This document shows, piece by piece, positions 1-13,310 of a DNA stretch of 64,000 nt (positions within the stretch are counted from its first letter, which is position 1; each line of letters opens with the position of its first letter). The notes below the pieces were generated by a model. The model ran no database searches and was not told the origin of the DNA. It saw nothing but the letters and a program-made list of their open reading frames with translations. The position numbers and the translations under genes were made by a program. The stretch is from Dudresnaya verticillata (lineage: Eukaryota): NCBI GenBank assembly GCA_977862235.1, contig OZ374562.1, positions 1,178,001 to 1,242,000 on the forward strand, given 5' to 3'.

Positions 1-109
1 CGTTCTGCAAGGAGATGCAAGCGAGACAATCGAAAACGAAGTAAATATCTTTCACGAAGATGGAAATGGTGTTCTGCGACGGACGCATAAGACGATTTCG
101 AATCTACCC

Positions 110-809
110 GTTGGCATAGCGTCAATGCCAGTCCTGCCACGCATATAAAGCTGTAACGCTGTAGGATGAGCCTCGCCACGTGAATCACGCTCTGCGCACG
201 GTGTCAGCCGGTGGTGTCGAAGCCCAATTGAAGCCATAATAAAGTGCGGTGTGGCATCCACGCGTACGTGTGTGAAACAGATACTCCTGGGCAAGTTCTA
301 CACATGTTTTTTCGTGTACTGTGTAGTATAACTTAAGCGGCGGTCGAAGGCCCTGCTGTCCCGCACGGCGCGCTGCACACGGCGCACGGTGCACGCGCAC
401 TCCAGCATCGCGCCGTTGCGTGCGCGACGAACCGTTACACCTGCGCGCGCCTCCGGTAGTCTTTACCCGTACTCGTTGACACGTGTTAGGGCACACCGGC
501 GCACCTCCGGGTTTGATGCTGCCGTGGGCTGTAGCTAGCCTGTTTAAAGATTGTCGCCACTCATGGCTGAGTAGAGAAAATAAGCAACTCCCCACGCTGG
601 AGCTTGCAACCTTTCTCTCGGGTTCGGTCTCTGTCCCTTTCCCTACGTATTTCCTCTTTTCCCTAGCCATCGAGGATCTCCTTTTTGTTTTCTATCGCCG
701 GCTTTGTGCCGCCGCACGATGAAGACGCTGGGATCCCCCATGACGGATCTGGGAGTGACTGTAGACCAGCCGGCATGTATGTCTAGTTCGAACTGACATC
801 TGTGCCACA
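110..809 (+). mobile_element. Old solo LTR of the TGTGGCATAG...CTATGCCACA family
   Basis: Ends gttggcatag / ctgtgccaca; similar to 56689-57533; degenerate TSD taccc/taacg; removal joins pol ...RRTHKTISNL to TQIVLAETLRP. Confidence 0.7.
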
Positions 810-1599
810 TAACGCAAATCGTACTGGCCGAGACGCTACGACCCTGCTTGCTCACACTGGTGCATGATTTGTTACTCGCTGGCTACCGGGGCCAAACATT
901 TATGTTCTACTCGCTTCTGAAAAGGTACTACTGGCCTTGCAAGGCCGCCCATATAGCTTCTACCATTCGTCACTTCAAGTACTGTGCGAGGAAGCGAATA
1001 TGTTTGCGAAGGAATACTCATCGGTTAAAGCTCTTCCCCGCTATATGTCCTCCCGAATCGGTCTTCATGGACATTTTAGGCCCGCTACCAAGAATTAACT
1101 CTGGATACCGGTTTCTCCTCGTCATTACGCATCTATTTCCGAAGTTTACCTTGGTTTCCACGCTGAGACGATTACCGTGTATCACGTCGCCGTGGCGTTT
1201 TGCGAGGTTTGGATATTAAAGTACGGACCGCCAGCCTCTGTGCTCTCTCATAACGGGAAACATTGTACTTCTAAGTTCTTTCATGGTACCTGTCAACTAC
1301 TCGGGTTACCGAACACATTTAACTCTACGCACAATCCCCAGACGAACGGGAAAGTGGAACGCTACAACCGGAATATCCTCGCGATGCTCCGTAACTACTT
1401 CAACGAACATCGAAACGATTGGGACCGGTGTTCCTCAGCGTTACCATATTCGTACAATTGCCAAATTCATCGCTCTACGAAGACCACTCCGTTCATTCTC
1501 GTTTTTGTCGTGACCACCAATCGAGTTCACCAGGAAGCATCACTCCCGGAAGAATCGACCGAAACGAAAGGAGCATATTCCAAATGACTTCATTAAGGT

Positions 1600-1728
1600 G
1601 CTTGATATCGCAATCGACTCCGCACAAACTTCATTTCAACGAGTTCAAAATCGTTTCAAACGAATTTCGATAAAGGATTTTGAACTCGTTGAAATGAAGT
1701 TTGTGCGGAGTCGATTGCGATATCAAGC
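1600..1728. repeat. Perfect 53-bp inverted repeat with 23-bp loop (second copy at 13058-13186)
   Basis: 1600-1652 gcttgatatcg...gttcaaaatc is the exact reverse complement of 1676-1728. Confidence 0.95.
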
Positions 1729-2750
1729 GTGAAACCCGGAAAGTACATGTACTGCGATATCCATGAAGGGAAAACGAAGCTTCAGAAGTTTAAATGTTTA
1801 CGAGAAGATATTATGAAACGGTTACGACACAAACTACTACTTGATTAGGACTATGAGGTAGCCCCAGAAGGCTAAAAAGGGGTGCAATTCGCATCACTTG
1901 TCTGGTTTTGGTTCGAGCACCGCCGCATTTGTGCACATTACTGCACGTTTGGACCCAGGTGGCCACCAGTCGGGAACAAGAACACCGAAGCTCTATCGAC
2001 TTCCTCGTCTCGCGTTTACACATTCTAAGAAATCCCGATGGATGGTTAGATTCGCATTGTAAGTGTCCAGTTCGGATTCTCATTTCATGTCGCCCGAAGC
2101 CGCTAAAAGCGTTGCTCTGCAACGTTTGCATCCGCATCCACCCTACTAGAGAGCCGGAGCTGCGATCTCAATTCCGTCTTCTCTTCGTGATACTGAAGAC
2201 ACTCGAGGGCTCCGATATCCAATTCAATTCCGATTTTCAACAACGTGTTGTCTACAACGCGACCGTCCCGGGATTTCGTTTACCATGCTGCATAGATCGC
2301 CGAAGACGGAGCAACATTTCGTGACCGAGAGCTCCGGAGCTACATCAGCCTGTTCGTTGCAATTTTCGAGACCTAGCAATGAATAGAGCCGCCTTCAACT
2401 CGAGAATCGCACGTCACATCGCCTCGGGCTGTGAAAACCGCCCTTTTGCATCGTCTTCAACCGAGTGCACGTCGTTTGAGACCGCTGCTCCGCTCCCCAT
2501 TACGATAAACCTCCGTATTACTCAAAGTGCTTTCAGATGGCTAATAAAAACGTCAGTTTCGACTCGTGCTATTCGTTTTTTTGGGGTCGGACCTTTTCGA
2601 GCTTCCGTGCATCGTATTGCAACGCTTGCACCCATGTGCATGCAATTCTTGAACGTGAGTTTCAGTACCCATTCCGTATGGTCTCCGTGTTCCCGGAGGC
2701 TCTTACGAGTGCCGAAGTCCATTTCGAGTCCGTTTTTCGCCTCCTGGTTT

Positions 2751-3706
2751 AAACTAATTGTGTACCCCTGCTTACTTGTGACTGCATCGCTGTGAATAGT
2801 GGCGTATGGAGTGGCAGCAGATGCGCTCTATGAGTATCTGGAAATGTCAGAATACCCCGTGCTTCAATCGTTAAAGGCTTTCTGCAAATCTTTTCTAGCC
2901 TCGTTCGGGCAAGAATATCTCCGAGAGCCGAAGGAGGAAACCCAGAAGCGCATGATGTCTAGCAATATGGCCCGAACGTTTCCAGGCTGCATTGGATCAA
3001 TCGATTATCAGCACTGAGAGTGAAACAACTGCGTAATCGAGCGGTCTGGGTCGTTCAAAGGTAAGAAGAAGAATCGAACCATTGCTCTCGAAGCAATTCA
3101 TGGTGCAGAGCTTTGCATATGGCACTGACTCCTTGGGAGCCCGCGTTCATTGAGCAACAGTAATGTTCTCGACCACCCATCTACAATTGAGCCATACTGG
3201 CCCGTGCCTTTCCTCCAAACATCCGATGCAACGTGAACGGTGTGGAACGGATCCTACCGTACTATCTTTCTGATAGTATCCCCAATTACGGGATCAGATT
3301 TGTGAAGACGATTCAGGACGACTACAGGAACAAGGAGAAGTAATTTGAAGCCGCTCAAGAGGCAGTGCGGAAGGACGTAGAGCGCGCCTTCGGTGTCCTG
3401 ATAGCGCGTCTCCACGTTTTGCAACGCCCATTAAGATTTTGGTATCTAGGCGACATCACGGCCAATATGAAGGTGTGCATTATTTTACATAACATGGTCG
3501 TTGACGACCGTCATGAAAATTACAGCAGTGATTTTGAATCGCTCAAGATGCACGATGAGGTACGTGCTATGATTGGAAACGTTTCTTTTGAGTACCAATC
3601 ACGAAGCCCTTTGGAGGGACTGGGCACGGTAAGAACGGATGTGATATGGTGTGCGGCGATAGATAGAAGGGAGGCGAGGATAAAAAGTGCTTTAATTAAA
3701 AAGTGA
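2751..3706 (+). pseudogene. PIF/Harbinger transposase, 5'-truncated and decayed
   Basis: AYGVAADALYEYLEMSE, FPGCIGSIDYQH, RKDVERAFGVLIAR, CIILHNMVVDD; stops and frameshifts. Confidence 0.9.
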
Positions 3707-4399
3707 ACTTGAAATGCCCATGAATGACTAGATGTAAACATTACTGAAAAGTTTTATTTCTTGTTCTTTTGGGGAGATTTGTCCTGGGGATGGCTATATA
3801 TACTGGCTTGAGGTAGCTAAAGGTCTTTTCCAGTAAAACGTTCAAGTTCAGTCTTTGGTGGTGAATTGATTATGAATGCATTCAGTTCCCGCAATGTGCA
3901 TTGCACTCGATTATCGAAGCTGCTCATCAATATTCTCTTGGATTGCTTGTATTTCCTCTTTATTCGATTCACTACTAATCTGAATTCAGTTAACGATCGC
4001 ATAGTTTGAACACCACAAGTTAAACAAGTAGACCATATGTCCCCCAAACATCACCTCATAGAGCATATTTGGTGTGTCAGAGGGGAGGCCGTCTTTTACG
4101 TAAATTATTGCCCGAAGAAAAACTTCTACTCTCGGTGCGAAGCTCCGCTGAAGAGGGGAGTCTGAGAGGAACCCCGGCGTGCTGAGACGAGACATTCAAG
4201 CGCCTTTTTCTCTTTCAAATCAATACGGCACGCTCAGAGCTCCTCAGAAAGTCGAAGCAGCCTCTGCGGACAACTCCCCGAGTCTATATCAGCTGTCTCG
4301 ACGGGCTATGGCAGCTCAGAACCCGCCGCAATGCTTGCTGGTGTAAACCGTGATAGCACGCGCCGTGATGGCCATCGCATTAAAGTATACTAATGTGCC

Positions 4400-4781
4400 C
4401 GAACTTGCTGACGCCTCCGTGTTTCCGTTACTTCTTTCCCGAACGACTGCGAAGCCCACGATGCGGTGAGCCGCCGTGTTGGTTTCTGGCGTGATGCGTA
4501 GCCGACACCATATGTGAGGTGACCGCTTATAAGCTTCAAGGCAGTTCCGTAGTAGCTGTGTACGAGCCGTTTCTCGAGTTGACGCGCATTCCTACACGTG
4601 TAAATACTTATTATATGTCGATCGCCGAGGGGTCCCGGCATGCACCCAGCGCCTGGGCCTCGGAGTCGTTGGTAAAATATTTTTCTTCGTATCTCGGTGT
4701 CTTCGAGTCCGTGTTTACGGATACGGTTCAGTCTCCCTTTCGATAGCCCCGCGCACCCGGATAATCCCCGGCAATCGTTGC
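4400..4781 (-). repeat. Left part of an unidentified dispersed coding relic (continues at 9143-9560; uninterrupted paralogue at 22110-22900)
   Basis: Direct nucleotide similarity to 22110-22509, e.g. tggcgtgatgcgta, acggatacggtt, ctttcgatagccccgc. Confidence 0.75.
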
Positions 4782-5108
4782 TGCTGTGCGCAGACGACGG
4801 AAAGGCCTTGTAGAAAATTGGGATAAACGATTTCATTCGGACACCTCCTCATCGTAGAGAATCGCGAGAGGCTCGGCTTTTATACTAATAGATGTTCTAG
4901 ATAACTCTACCTCTTTTCTCTAAAGACGTGCAGTATTGTAAGCGCTTACTCAAAATGCATCACTAGAAATTACGGTCCTATTGGACGCCCGCGGGTTTGT
5001 AAAAAGAACATACCATCATGAAATTCTGTGGGGACTACCAAAATACTTCTTGACGATTTAATGCTAACGCCCTCATCATGTAACTAGAGACACGAGCATA
5101 TTTGAACA
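4782..5108 (-). repeat. 3' LTR of Copia element (327 bp)
   Basis: Direct repeat of 8817-9142; preceded on the minus strand by a polypurine tract at 5109-5117. Confidence 0.9.
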
Positions 5109-5129
5109 CCCCCTTTTGCTCTTCGTGTC

Positions 5130-8100
5130 GTTCGTCAATTCCAATGCTCCGATACCAAGACCAGTACGATGCTGCTCAAACTTGACTCGTTATCATCTGA
5201 TCGGTAGGACAATACCTGATTGAAACAGATTTCTTCTGAACTTGTTCAAGCACGAAGTTACGCCTAATTGACACGTGTTTTACATTTCGAACCTCGTCAG
5301 TCGCACAAACGATTGCGCCTTGATTATCTTCGTTGATATTTGTGGGTGAGGAGACTCTTCGTCAAAGTCAACCAAAAGAGCCCGAAGAAAACCTGAATTA
5401 GTGTGCCAGTTGCTGATTTGCGGTCGGAAGTATCTCCAGCTCAGTCAGAGTCGTAACATTAACCTTTACTTATCTTGAGAAATCCATGCCCCCTCTGAAT
5501 TGCGCAAAAATAGAATACCTCAAAACTGATGAATGTTTCCCAAGTCCTTCATATCCATCCTTTGCATCAGCATTCCCTTGACAATCTCTATATTTCTATA
5601 TATATTATTCAAAAAAGGTTCCATAAGAATGGCGTCACTAGCGTGCAGCAAGCCCACACAGAATCCAATTTAAAGATGGTCTGCAGAGAGGCCACGGAAT
5701 CCGAGGGTATCCATAGTCTGCTTCCACCTGTTAAACAAAAGCCTGGGGACCTGTTTCAGACCGTGTATATCCTTTCTCAGACGCAACGCATTTTCCTTCA
5801 GCGATCTTGATTCCGGTACCTGAAGGGGCAGCATATATTCTTCATCGTCAATTTCTCCATGCAAAGATGCAGTTCGTACATCCATCTGATGTATTTGATG
5901 TTTCCTTTTGCCACCGATTCTCAGACCAGTACGTACAGTTGTGAAATGGCCAACCAGTGAATACGCCTTTGGAGCGAACCCTTCCGCGCATCCCCGTACA
6001 ACGAGACGAGCCTTAAATCGAGCTGCAGAGCCATCTGCTCCTCGTTTCTTGCACAGTACGAATCGCGATGATAAAGGCTTAATGATCTTTGGTACGGATA
6101 CTTCTTCCCACGTTTGGAGTTCGTAGAGGGACTGAATCTCAGAATCTATTGCATTTTCCCATTCAAGACGCTCAGAGGAGCAGAACGCTTCCTAAACAGT
6201 TGGTTCGTCAGAACTAGCAGCCAAGAAAGCACTTCTGGATACGTATGACTGTGTTTTGAGACGCTTACGTGCTGGATATATTCTCGATTCCTCATTTTGC
6301 GTTTGTTTTTCTTTTCTGTCCTTATCCTCATCATTTCCACTTATATCGCGATGGGGGTTTCCTTCTGCACTTCTTGCTTCGTCCAACAATTTTCATGAAC
6401 ACCTAAGGTCCTCCATCCTATGCATTGACGGGTTTTCTGGGCTGTATGTCAGTAATTCAGGGGCCTCTTCATTATCCAGACTTTTCAGCCGGTTCCGGAT
6501 CCGCGTCAGATACTGTGTCATCATTTCTATATTCCATGCCTCTGTCGGAAACTCATTCTCAAAACGTTTCACGTGTGTAGAAATAATGATTCCTTCTCGC
6601 TCGCTGATCCATACCTTAAATGTTCCATTCTCAAAGCACCCGATTATAACTCCCTTGATGCTTTTCTCATCCACCTTCCTTCGCTTTTCCTTTGCAGTAT
6701 GTGTCCTTACGGTACTTGGAAACATGCTTATATGTTCTATGCATGGCTGTTCGCCTGAAAGAAGTTCATATTGCCTCTTTGAGGTGTCGATGGGATATAG
6801 AAAACGATTTCGTAGGCCTGCAGCATGCGCCATTGCCTCAGCTCAAGATTGCTTAGGCATTTTTGCATCGTGTATCATAGTTCTAGCGGATTCCGCAAGC
6901 GTCCTATTCCCTTGTTCTGCTAATTCGTTCATTTATGGCGTGTACGGTGGGTGGTCGTGGCGCTCTATTCCTTGCTACGTGAGGTAGTTGTCAATTCCAT
7001 CATATTATCCTCCTCCGACTCAATGCACCCTCTTGATCTTGTGCTCATATTTTCTCTCAAACCAAGCTTGAACTTGAAACTTGCTGACTATCTGGATGAA
7101 ATCACTTTTCCTTGCTATTAGCTCCACAATTATTTATCTATAATGTTCGTCCATGAAGGTAACTAAGTAAAGTGAATCACCCCAGGACTTAATATAGATC
7201 TTTCCCAATACATCACTGCGAATCACTTCTCCGCGTTGCGACGCTCTAACCGTCTTTTTGTACATCGTGCACCATGATGGTCCCTGTGCTATACTTTCCC
7301 ATCATACAACGAGGGCAATTGATACCACTTTTCGCAGGCTTGTGAAGATCCGATCTAAAAATTGAGGCCTTCTTAGCAAGATCCGTAATGCTTCTAATGT
7401 TACCTTCTGCAATCCGGGCATACCAGAGGGACTCACCTTTGGACACAGAACGAAGAGCGTATTGTTTTGTACTTCCCTTTGCAATACAATTGATATAGTA
7501 GACAACATGTTTCATCCTTCCTTGGATCATTAGCTCCCCACTAAGGGTAGCTGTGCACCTTGCTCCGTTGAATTCAATTATGAAGCCTTTCTCGCAAAGC
7601 GCCGATCACGACAGAAGACTAGCTTGAAGCTCTGGAATCAGCAACACATCGTGAAGATGGAAGGTTTTCTGAACGACATACCCACCTTCATTGATCGAAA
7701 TATGATAGTCATTTTTCCTAGATAAAGAGCCGCTACAGTGTCTCCATTGCAGAGCACCTTGTCCTGTGCTGCTATCTCTTCTAATCTATAGATCCATTCA
7801 GCACACGCTACCATGCCATCAGATGCCCCAAAGTCCAGAAGTATATCCCCAGCGTCACCAGTTCCCGTACTGACCATCATCATCGTTGCATGGTTTGCAA
7901 TACCTGTGCGGCTATTTTGCTCATGCTTTATACCAGTGTGGCGTTCATCAGGACAGTTTCGGGATAAGTGCCCAGTCTTTCCACACCCATAACAGGTCGT
8001 TATGTCTTTTCCTTTCGAAATCTTCGATGAATGCTATCAACTGTTCGATATCCACTCTCAGCTGTCAAAGCAGAGGATATTGACGAGATATTTTTCTTCG

Positions 8101-8696
8101 GGGGGATCCGTGAGACGTATCACCAACTTCTTCATCTTCTTGCAATAGGCGGGTAGTAGCCAGCTCCCAAGATACGTCTTATTCCTTTGGCTGTGTCTAT
8201 GCTATTGCGGGACCAAAAGCAGAGCTATTCTTATTCCCAAACGAAGCGAGAAACATTGAAACCTGTATATTCTCATCCACGGCACTGTCCATTGCTGCTA
8301 AGAAATTTAAAAGCTCCTCCCATTCAGTGACGTAGTCCACCATAACTTGATCTATCTATGACATTCGCACAAGCTTCGCCTGCAATTGTACCTTAGACGC
8401 AATATTAACAACAGTATATCAAGCATCAGGGCGTTTCCATATCTGGAAAGGATCAGACTTCACCGATATACTAAGACGCATCAGCTTTAGGCCAAGTCCC
8501 TGCATAATCGTAACGCGGGTTTTTGCAGTCTTGAGCCTCACTTCCGGAGCTAGCTCCTTACCTTGCCCCGAAGATCAGCGCGGACAACTTCCAGAACTTC
8601 TTTAGCTTCAAGCGCAGCCTCTGCGAGAGACTGCCAAACACGGAAATATTATGCGGTATCCCCTTCGAACTTGAAAGTTCTCTTGCCGTCCTCCAT
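5130..8696 (-). pseudogene. pol: Copia gag-pol, many stops and frameshifts
   Basis: gag start MEDGKRTFKF; zinc knuckle CGKTGHLSRNC (~8000); protease LLDFGAS; integrase C-terminus KRRKVDEKSIKGVIIG; RT FKARLVVRG, MDVRTA, LRKDIHGLKQVPR. Confidence 0.88.
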
Positions 8697-8802
8697 GACA
8701 GATGATTGCTACCAAATCCCGGCACAAGAGACATGGTAGGTACTAACAGTTTTCAGAAAGAAAATGTAGAAGGGAAATTGGTATTGAAAGAGAGGACGCA
8801 AT

Positions 8803-8816
8803 CTGGGCCCATAATC
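8803..8816 (-). promoter_or_regulatory. Primer binding site, half-tRNAiMet type
   Basis: Minus strand reads GATTATGGGCCCAG right after the 5' LTR, one mismatch to the copia-type GGTTATGGGCCCAG. Confidence 0.85.
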
Positions 8817-9142
8817 TGTTGCGTGCAGAGAACGCAAATGGCTTGTAGACAATTGGGATAAACGGTTTCATGCGGATACCTCCTCATCGTAGAGAAAGGC
8901 GAGAGGCTTGGCTTTTATACTCATAGATGTTCTAGATAACTCTATCTCTTTTCTCTAAAGACGTGCAGTATTGTAAGCGCTTACTGAAAATGCATCACTA
9001 GAAATTACGGTCCCATTGGACGCCCGCGGGATTGTAAATAGAAAATATCATCACGAAATCCTGTGAGGACTTTAAAGTACTTCTTGACGATTCCGTGCTA
9101 CCGCCGTCAAAATGGAACGAGAGATACGGGCCTATTTCAACA
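8817..9142 (-). repeat. 5' LTR of Copia element (326 bp)
   Basis: Direct repeat of 4782-5108, TG...CA ends. Confidence 0.9.
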
Positions 9143-9560
9143 GTTACGTTGCAGTTATCCCTTCGGCACACGAACGCTTTGACACCGTGGTCGTTGGCGG
9201 CGGTCTCCAAGCTCTACGATGCCACCGCCCTATTCTATTCATACGTGATTTTATTTACAGCTAGGAAGCCTCCCTGTGTCTCAGTGTAGTACGCCATACC
9301 ACAGTGCCCTGTCAAATTGAGCTAATCTGAGCAGGAAGGAGATGTAAGACGGCTTGTACATGGACAGCAGATTTTTTCGTGCACTCTTGCGGAAGTATGC
9401 GGAAGGAGGAAGTGTTCGGGCGGTTGTCTGTTGCACCACTCTCCTGCTAAGGAACACGGATTTGCCATTTGGGTTGGCGGTACAGTACCTTACATGCCTT
9501 GCTGGTCTGCAATCGTGAAGGTATTGCCATAAAGGCTTCTCACGTAACATGTAATCACTG
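9143..9560 (-). repeat. Right part of the unidentified dispersed coding relic
   Basis: Matches 22505-22900; both translate on minus to EWCNxxPPEHFLxPHTSARVHEK...MYKPSxISFxxRLAxFDR. Confidence 0.75.
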
Positions 9561-9821
9561 ACGCACACGACCGTGTGATTACCGCGATGGAGAAAGGCGA
9601 TAAAACTGAGAGGGAACAAGTGACTCGTCGACAAGATGACGCGGATTTATGCTCCTGTTTCTATGAAGACTGTTCGTTAGCGCATCAGCTTATTGATGTA
9701 CTACTATCGACTACTTATCCCATTGTGGCCGAATAAGTTCGAGGTCTACCGCTGTCAGAGTAGAATAACTTTGTGAACGTGGAACTAATCGCTCAAGCAG
9801 AAGGTACGACATTCCAAGCTC

Positions 9822-12800
9822 ATGAAAAACGCGATACAGGGTCTCAATAATCTTATGTATCGAAGAACCGAGTGTCTACCACGTACCCGAATATTTGTCA
9901 AGCGCCCGGATGCACAACGCTCATCGCATTTCCGGATACTCCTGGAGAGTGGGATCGGGTATCCAATGGGCGAAGACCCGCCGGTAGCCGGGGTATTGGT
10001 TAGCATGGGACCCGGTTCCGCGTCTGTAACACCGATGGCATCTACAACAGTATCCGTGGACAATACGTTGGATCTCACGCGTCGCATCGAGCGTTTCGAA
10101 CCCGATTGTGTCCCACCAATGACCCGGGAGCAAATCGAGACGGTGCGTTCGAAGATGCCAAAGAATCATGACGCATTGCTGTGTTGGTTCTGTCGCTAAA
10201 TCGGTCATCTCATGTATTTGGGTCCGTATCTCACGAAGGAGCAGCAGCTCTAATGCGCGTACCAGAATTATCTGTACCAACTCGAGAGGAGACAATATAC
10301 GCGTAACAACTTCGTGAATCGCAGTGCTGCAAGAGGGAATTCCTCCACATTCGTTGATAACCTAGGTGACCGTGGACAGGAAAACCGAGGACCGCGTGAC
10401 AATCGCGTTAATCGAGACCTTCATCAAGGGTACATACGCTCCCCGAGGGACGGAGCCCATCATCAAGTCAGCTTCGGACTTCGAGGCCCAACGACCGTCC
10501 TCCGCAAGCCGAGACACGCGCAGGTCCCAGGGCGCGACCTGGTTCTCGCGGTCCGTTAAACCGTTCACATGAGGGAGGCGAGTCACCCTAATCATTCCCT
10601 TGGAGGCTTACGAAGACTCCGTTAATATCGGAAGAGGTAACGAATCGACCCCACCTTTGGACGGGTATGCTCTTATTTAGGACTTTAGCCCGAGTTTGGC
10701 AAACTAGTAAAGGCAAGGACGAGCGTTGTGTCACGTACTTCTTCTGGTCCTGTTCACTGAGACACTTCTCGTATTACGATTCCGAACGCCACTACGATGG
10801 AAAGGAGGCGCACCACGCCACATAATTCCCTTAGGGATTATTCCGAGCACCTTATCATATGGAGGCTGCGACTAGCCGAGTTCGACTTCGAAATCGTGTA
10901 TCGGCCCGGACACCTACATCAGATTCCCGATGCCCAATATAGGTTGCTACTACCGTATCGGGAACAGACCGAAATTGATGACGACGTTCGAACGTCTGCC
11001 CCGGATCGCGTACAAGCAAAGATGGAGAAATGTTTAAGATGTGACATCGTGAAAAATTGAGAAAGAAAGAGGCCCCGTTCTCATAACTACGTGAGCCCGA
11101 AAACGCCAATCGAAGGTCACCGCGATTCGCCACGAGTCAACGCGGAAGATCACTCCCGCTAAGAGAGAAGATCGCGGAGCAACTACAAACCGACCCACGG
11201 AGGTCCCAAAAGGGTTACAAAAACCCACATCACACGTGTCACGAAGGCTGCGAGCACCACTTGACGAGGGACTACGCGAGGACTACGAGGGGCAATCCAA
11301 TGTCTACGATGGTATGGAATGATATTGACGACGATGATTCATTTGATATCTATCGAATTGATCCCACCGAAGAACCGAGTGACCTCACTGACGTGAAAAC
11401 CATGGACCTGCACACCCGATTACCGTATCCGAAAGCCTCGAAGCAAAACGTATTGATTCGTTCTGCAAGGAGATGCAAGCGAGACAATCGAAAACGAAGT
11501 AAATATCTTTCACGAAGATGGAAATGGTGTTCTGCGACGGACGCATAAGACGATTTCGAATCTACCCGTTGGCATAGCGTCAATGCCAGTCCTGCCACGC
11601 ATATAAAGCTGTAACGCTGTAGGATGAGCCTCGCCACGTGAATCACGCTCTGCGCACGGTGTCAGCCGGTGGTGTCGAAGCCCAATTGAAGCCATAATAA
11701 AGTGCGGTGTGGCATCCACGCGTACGTGTGTGAAACAGATACTCCTGGGCAAGTTCTACACATGTTTTTTCGTGTACTGTGTAGTATAACTTAAGCGGCG
11801 GTCGAAGGCCCTGCTGTCCCGCACGGCGCGCTGCACACGGCGCACGGTGCACGCGCACTCCAGCATCGCGCCGTTGCGTGCGCGACGAACCGTTACACCT
11901 GCGCGCGCCTCCGGTAGTCTTTACCCGTACTCGTTGACACGTGTTAGGGCACACCGGCGCACCTCCGGGTTTGATGCTGCCGTGGGCTGTAGCTAGCCTG
12001 TTTAAAGATTGTCGCCACTCATGGCTGAGTAGAGAAAATAAGCAACTCCCCACGCTGGAGCTTGCAACCTTTCTCTCGGGTTCGGTCTCTGTCCCTTTCC
12101 CTACGTATTTCCTCTTTTCCCTAGCCATCGAGGATCTCCTTTTTGTTTTCTATCGCCGGCTTTGTGCCGCCGCACGATGAAGACGCTGGGATCCCCCATG
12201 ACGGATCTGGGAGTGACTGTAGACCAGCCGGCATGTATGTCTAGTTCGAACTGACATCTGTGCCACATAACGCAAATCGTACTGGCCGAGACGCTACGAC
12301 CCTGCTTGCTCACACTGGTGCATGATTTGTTACTCGCTGGCTACCGGGGCCAAACATTTATGTTCTACTCGCTTCTGAAAAGGTACTACTGGCCTTGCAA
12401 GGCCGCCCATATAGCTTCTACCATTCGTCACTTCAAGTACTGTGCGAGGAAGCGAATATGTTTGCGAAGGAATACTCATCGGTTAAAGCTCTTCCCCGCT
12501 ATATGTCCTCCCGAATCGGTCTTCATGGACATTTTAGGCCCGCTACCAAGAATTAACTCTGGATACCGGTTTCTCCTCGTCATTACGCATCTATTTCCGA
12601 AGTTTACCTTGGTTTCCACGCTGAGACGATTACCGTGTATCACGTCGCCGTGGCGTTTTGCGAGGTTTGGATATTAAAGTACGGACCGCCAGCCTCTGTG
12701 CTCTCTCATAACGGGAAACATTGTACTTCTAAGTTCTTTCATGGTACCTGTCAACTACTCGGGTTACCGAACACATTTAACTCTACGCACAATCCCCAGA

Positions 12801-13310
12801 CGAACGGGAAAGTGGAACGCTACAACCGGAATATCCTCGCGATGCTCCGTAACTACTTCAACGAACATCGAAACGATTGGGACCGGTGTTCCTCAGCGTT
12901 ACCATATTCGTACAATTGCCAAATTCATCGCTCTACGAAGACCACTCCGTTCATTCTCGTTTTTGTCGTGACCACCAATCGAGTTCACCAGGAAGCATCA
13001 CTCCCGGAAGAATCGACCGAAACGAAAGGAGCATATTCCAAATGACTTCATTAAGGTGCTTGATATCGCAATCGACTCCGCACAAACTTCATTTCAACGA
13101 GTTCAAAATCGTTTCAAACGAATTTCGATAAAGGATTTTGAACTCGTTGAAATGAAGTTTGTGCGGAGTCGATTGCGATATCAAGCGTGAAACCCGGAAA
13201 GTACATGTACTGCGATATCCATGAAGGGAAAACGAAGCTTCAGAAGTTTAAATGTTTACGAGAAGATATTATGAAACGGTTACGACACAAACTACTACTT
13301 GATTAGGACT
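9822..13310 (+). pseudogene. pol: Decayed Ty3/Gypsy internal region (gag-like fragment, RNase H end, integrase); no RT recognisable
   Basis: WRLRLAEFDFEIVYRPG...PDA (10797-11060); integrase ORFs 12306-13045; related to the Gypsy at 50932-53412. Confidence 0.8.

Larger units (their letters stand above)
1..1850 (+). pseudogene. pol: Decayed Ty3/Gypsy pol, integrase region, interrupted by a solo LTR at 110-809
   Basis: Zn-finger remnant (HDLLLAGYRG...YYWP), MDILGPLP, YGPPASVLSHNG, HNPQTNGKVERYN...DWD; frameshift between ORFs 848-1219 and 1177-1587. Confidence 0.9.
1..2750 (+). repeat. Segmental duplication, copy 1 (left end lies outside the window); copy 2 at 11459-14208
   Basis: Sequence from 1 (cgttctgcaaggagatgc) recurs at 11459. 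ORF translations are identical at offset 11458. The copies diverge after ctcctggttt (2750 / 14208). Confidence 0.95.
4782..9142 (-). mobile_element. Ty1/Copia LTR retrotransposon, full length, decayed, RNase H largely deleted
   Basis: LTRs 8817-9142 (5') and 4782-5108 (3'), TG...CA; TSD gttgc/gttac; PBS GATTATGGGCCCAG; PPT AAAAGGGGG next to the 3' LTR; gag-PR-IN-RT order. Confidence 0.92.

Noticed and set aside
185..670. R/A/G-rich ORFs inside solo LTRs (also 25001-25549, 35130-35552, 36041-36532, 56596-57437)
   Set aside because: They are chance ORFs in GC-rich non-coding LTR sequence, and frames are not maintained between family copies.
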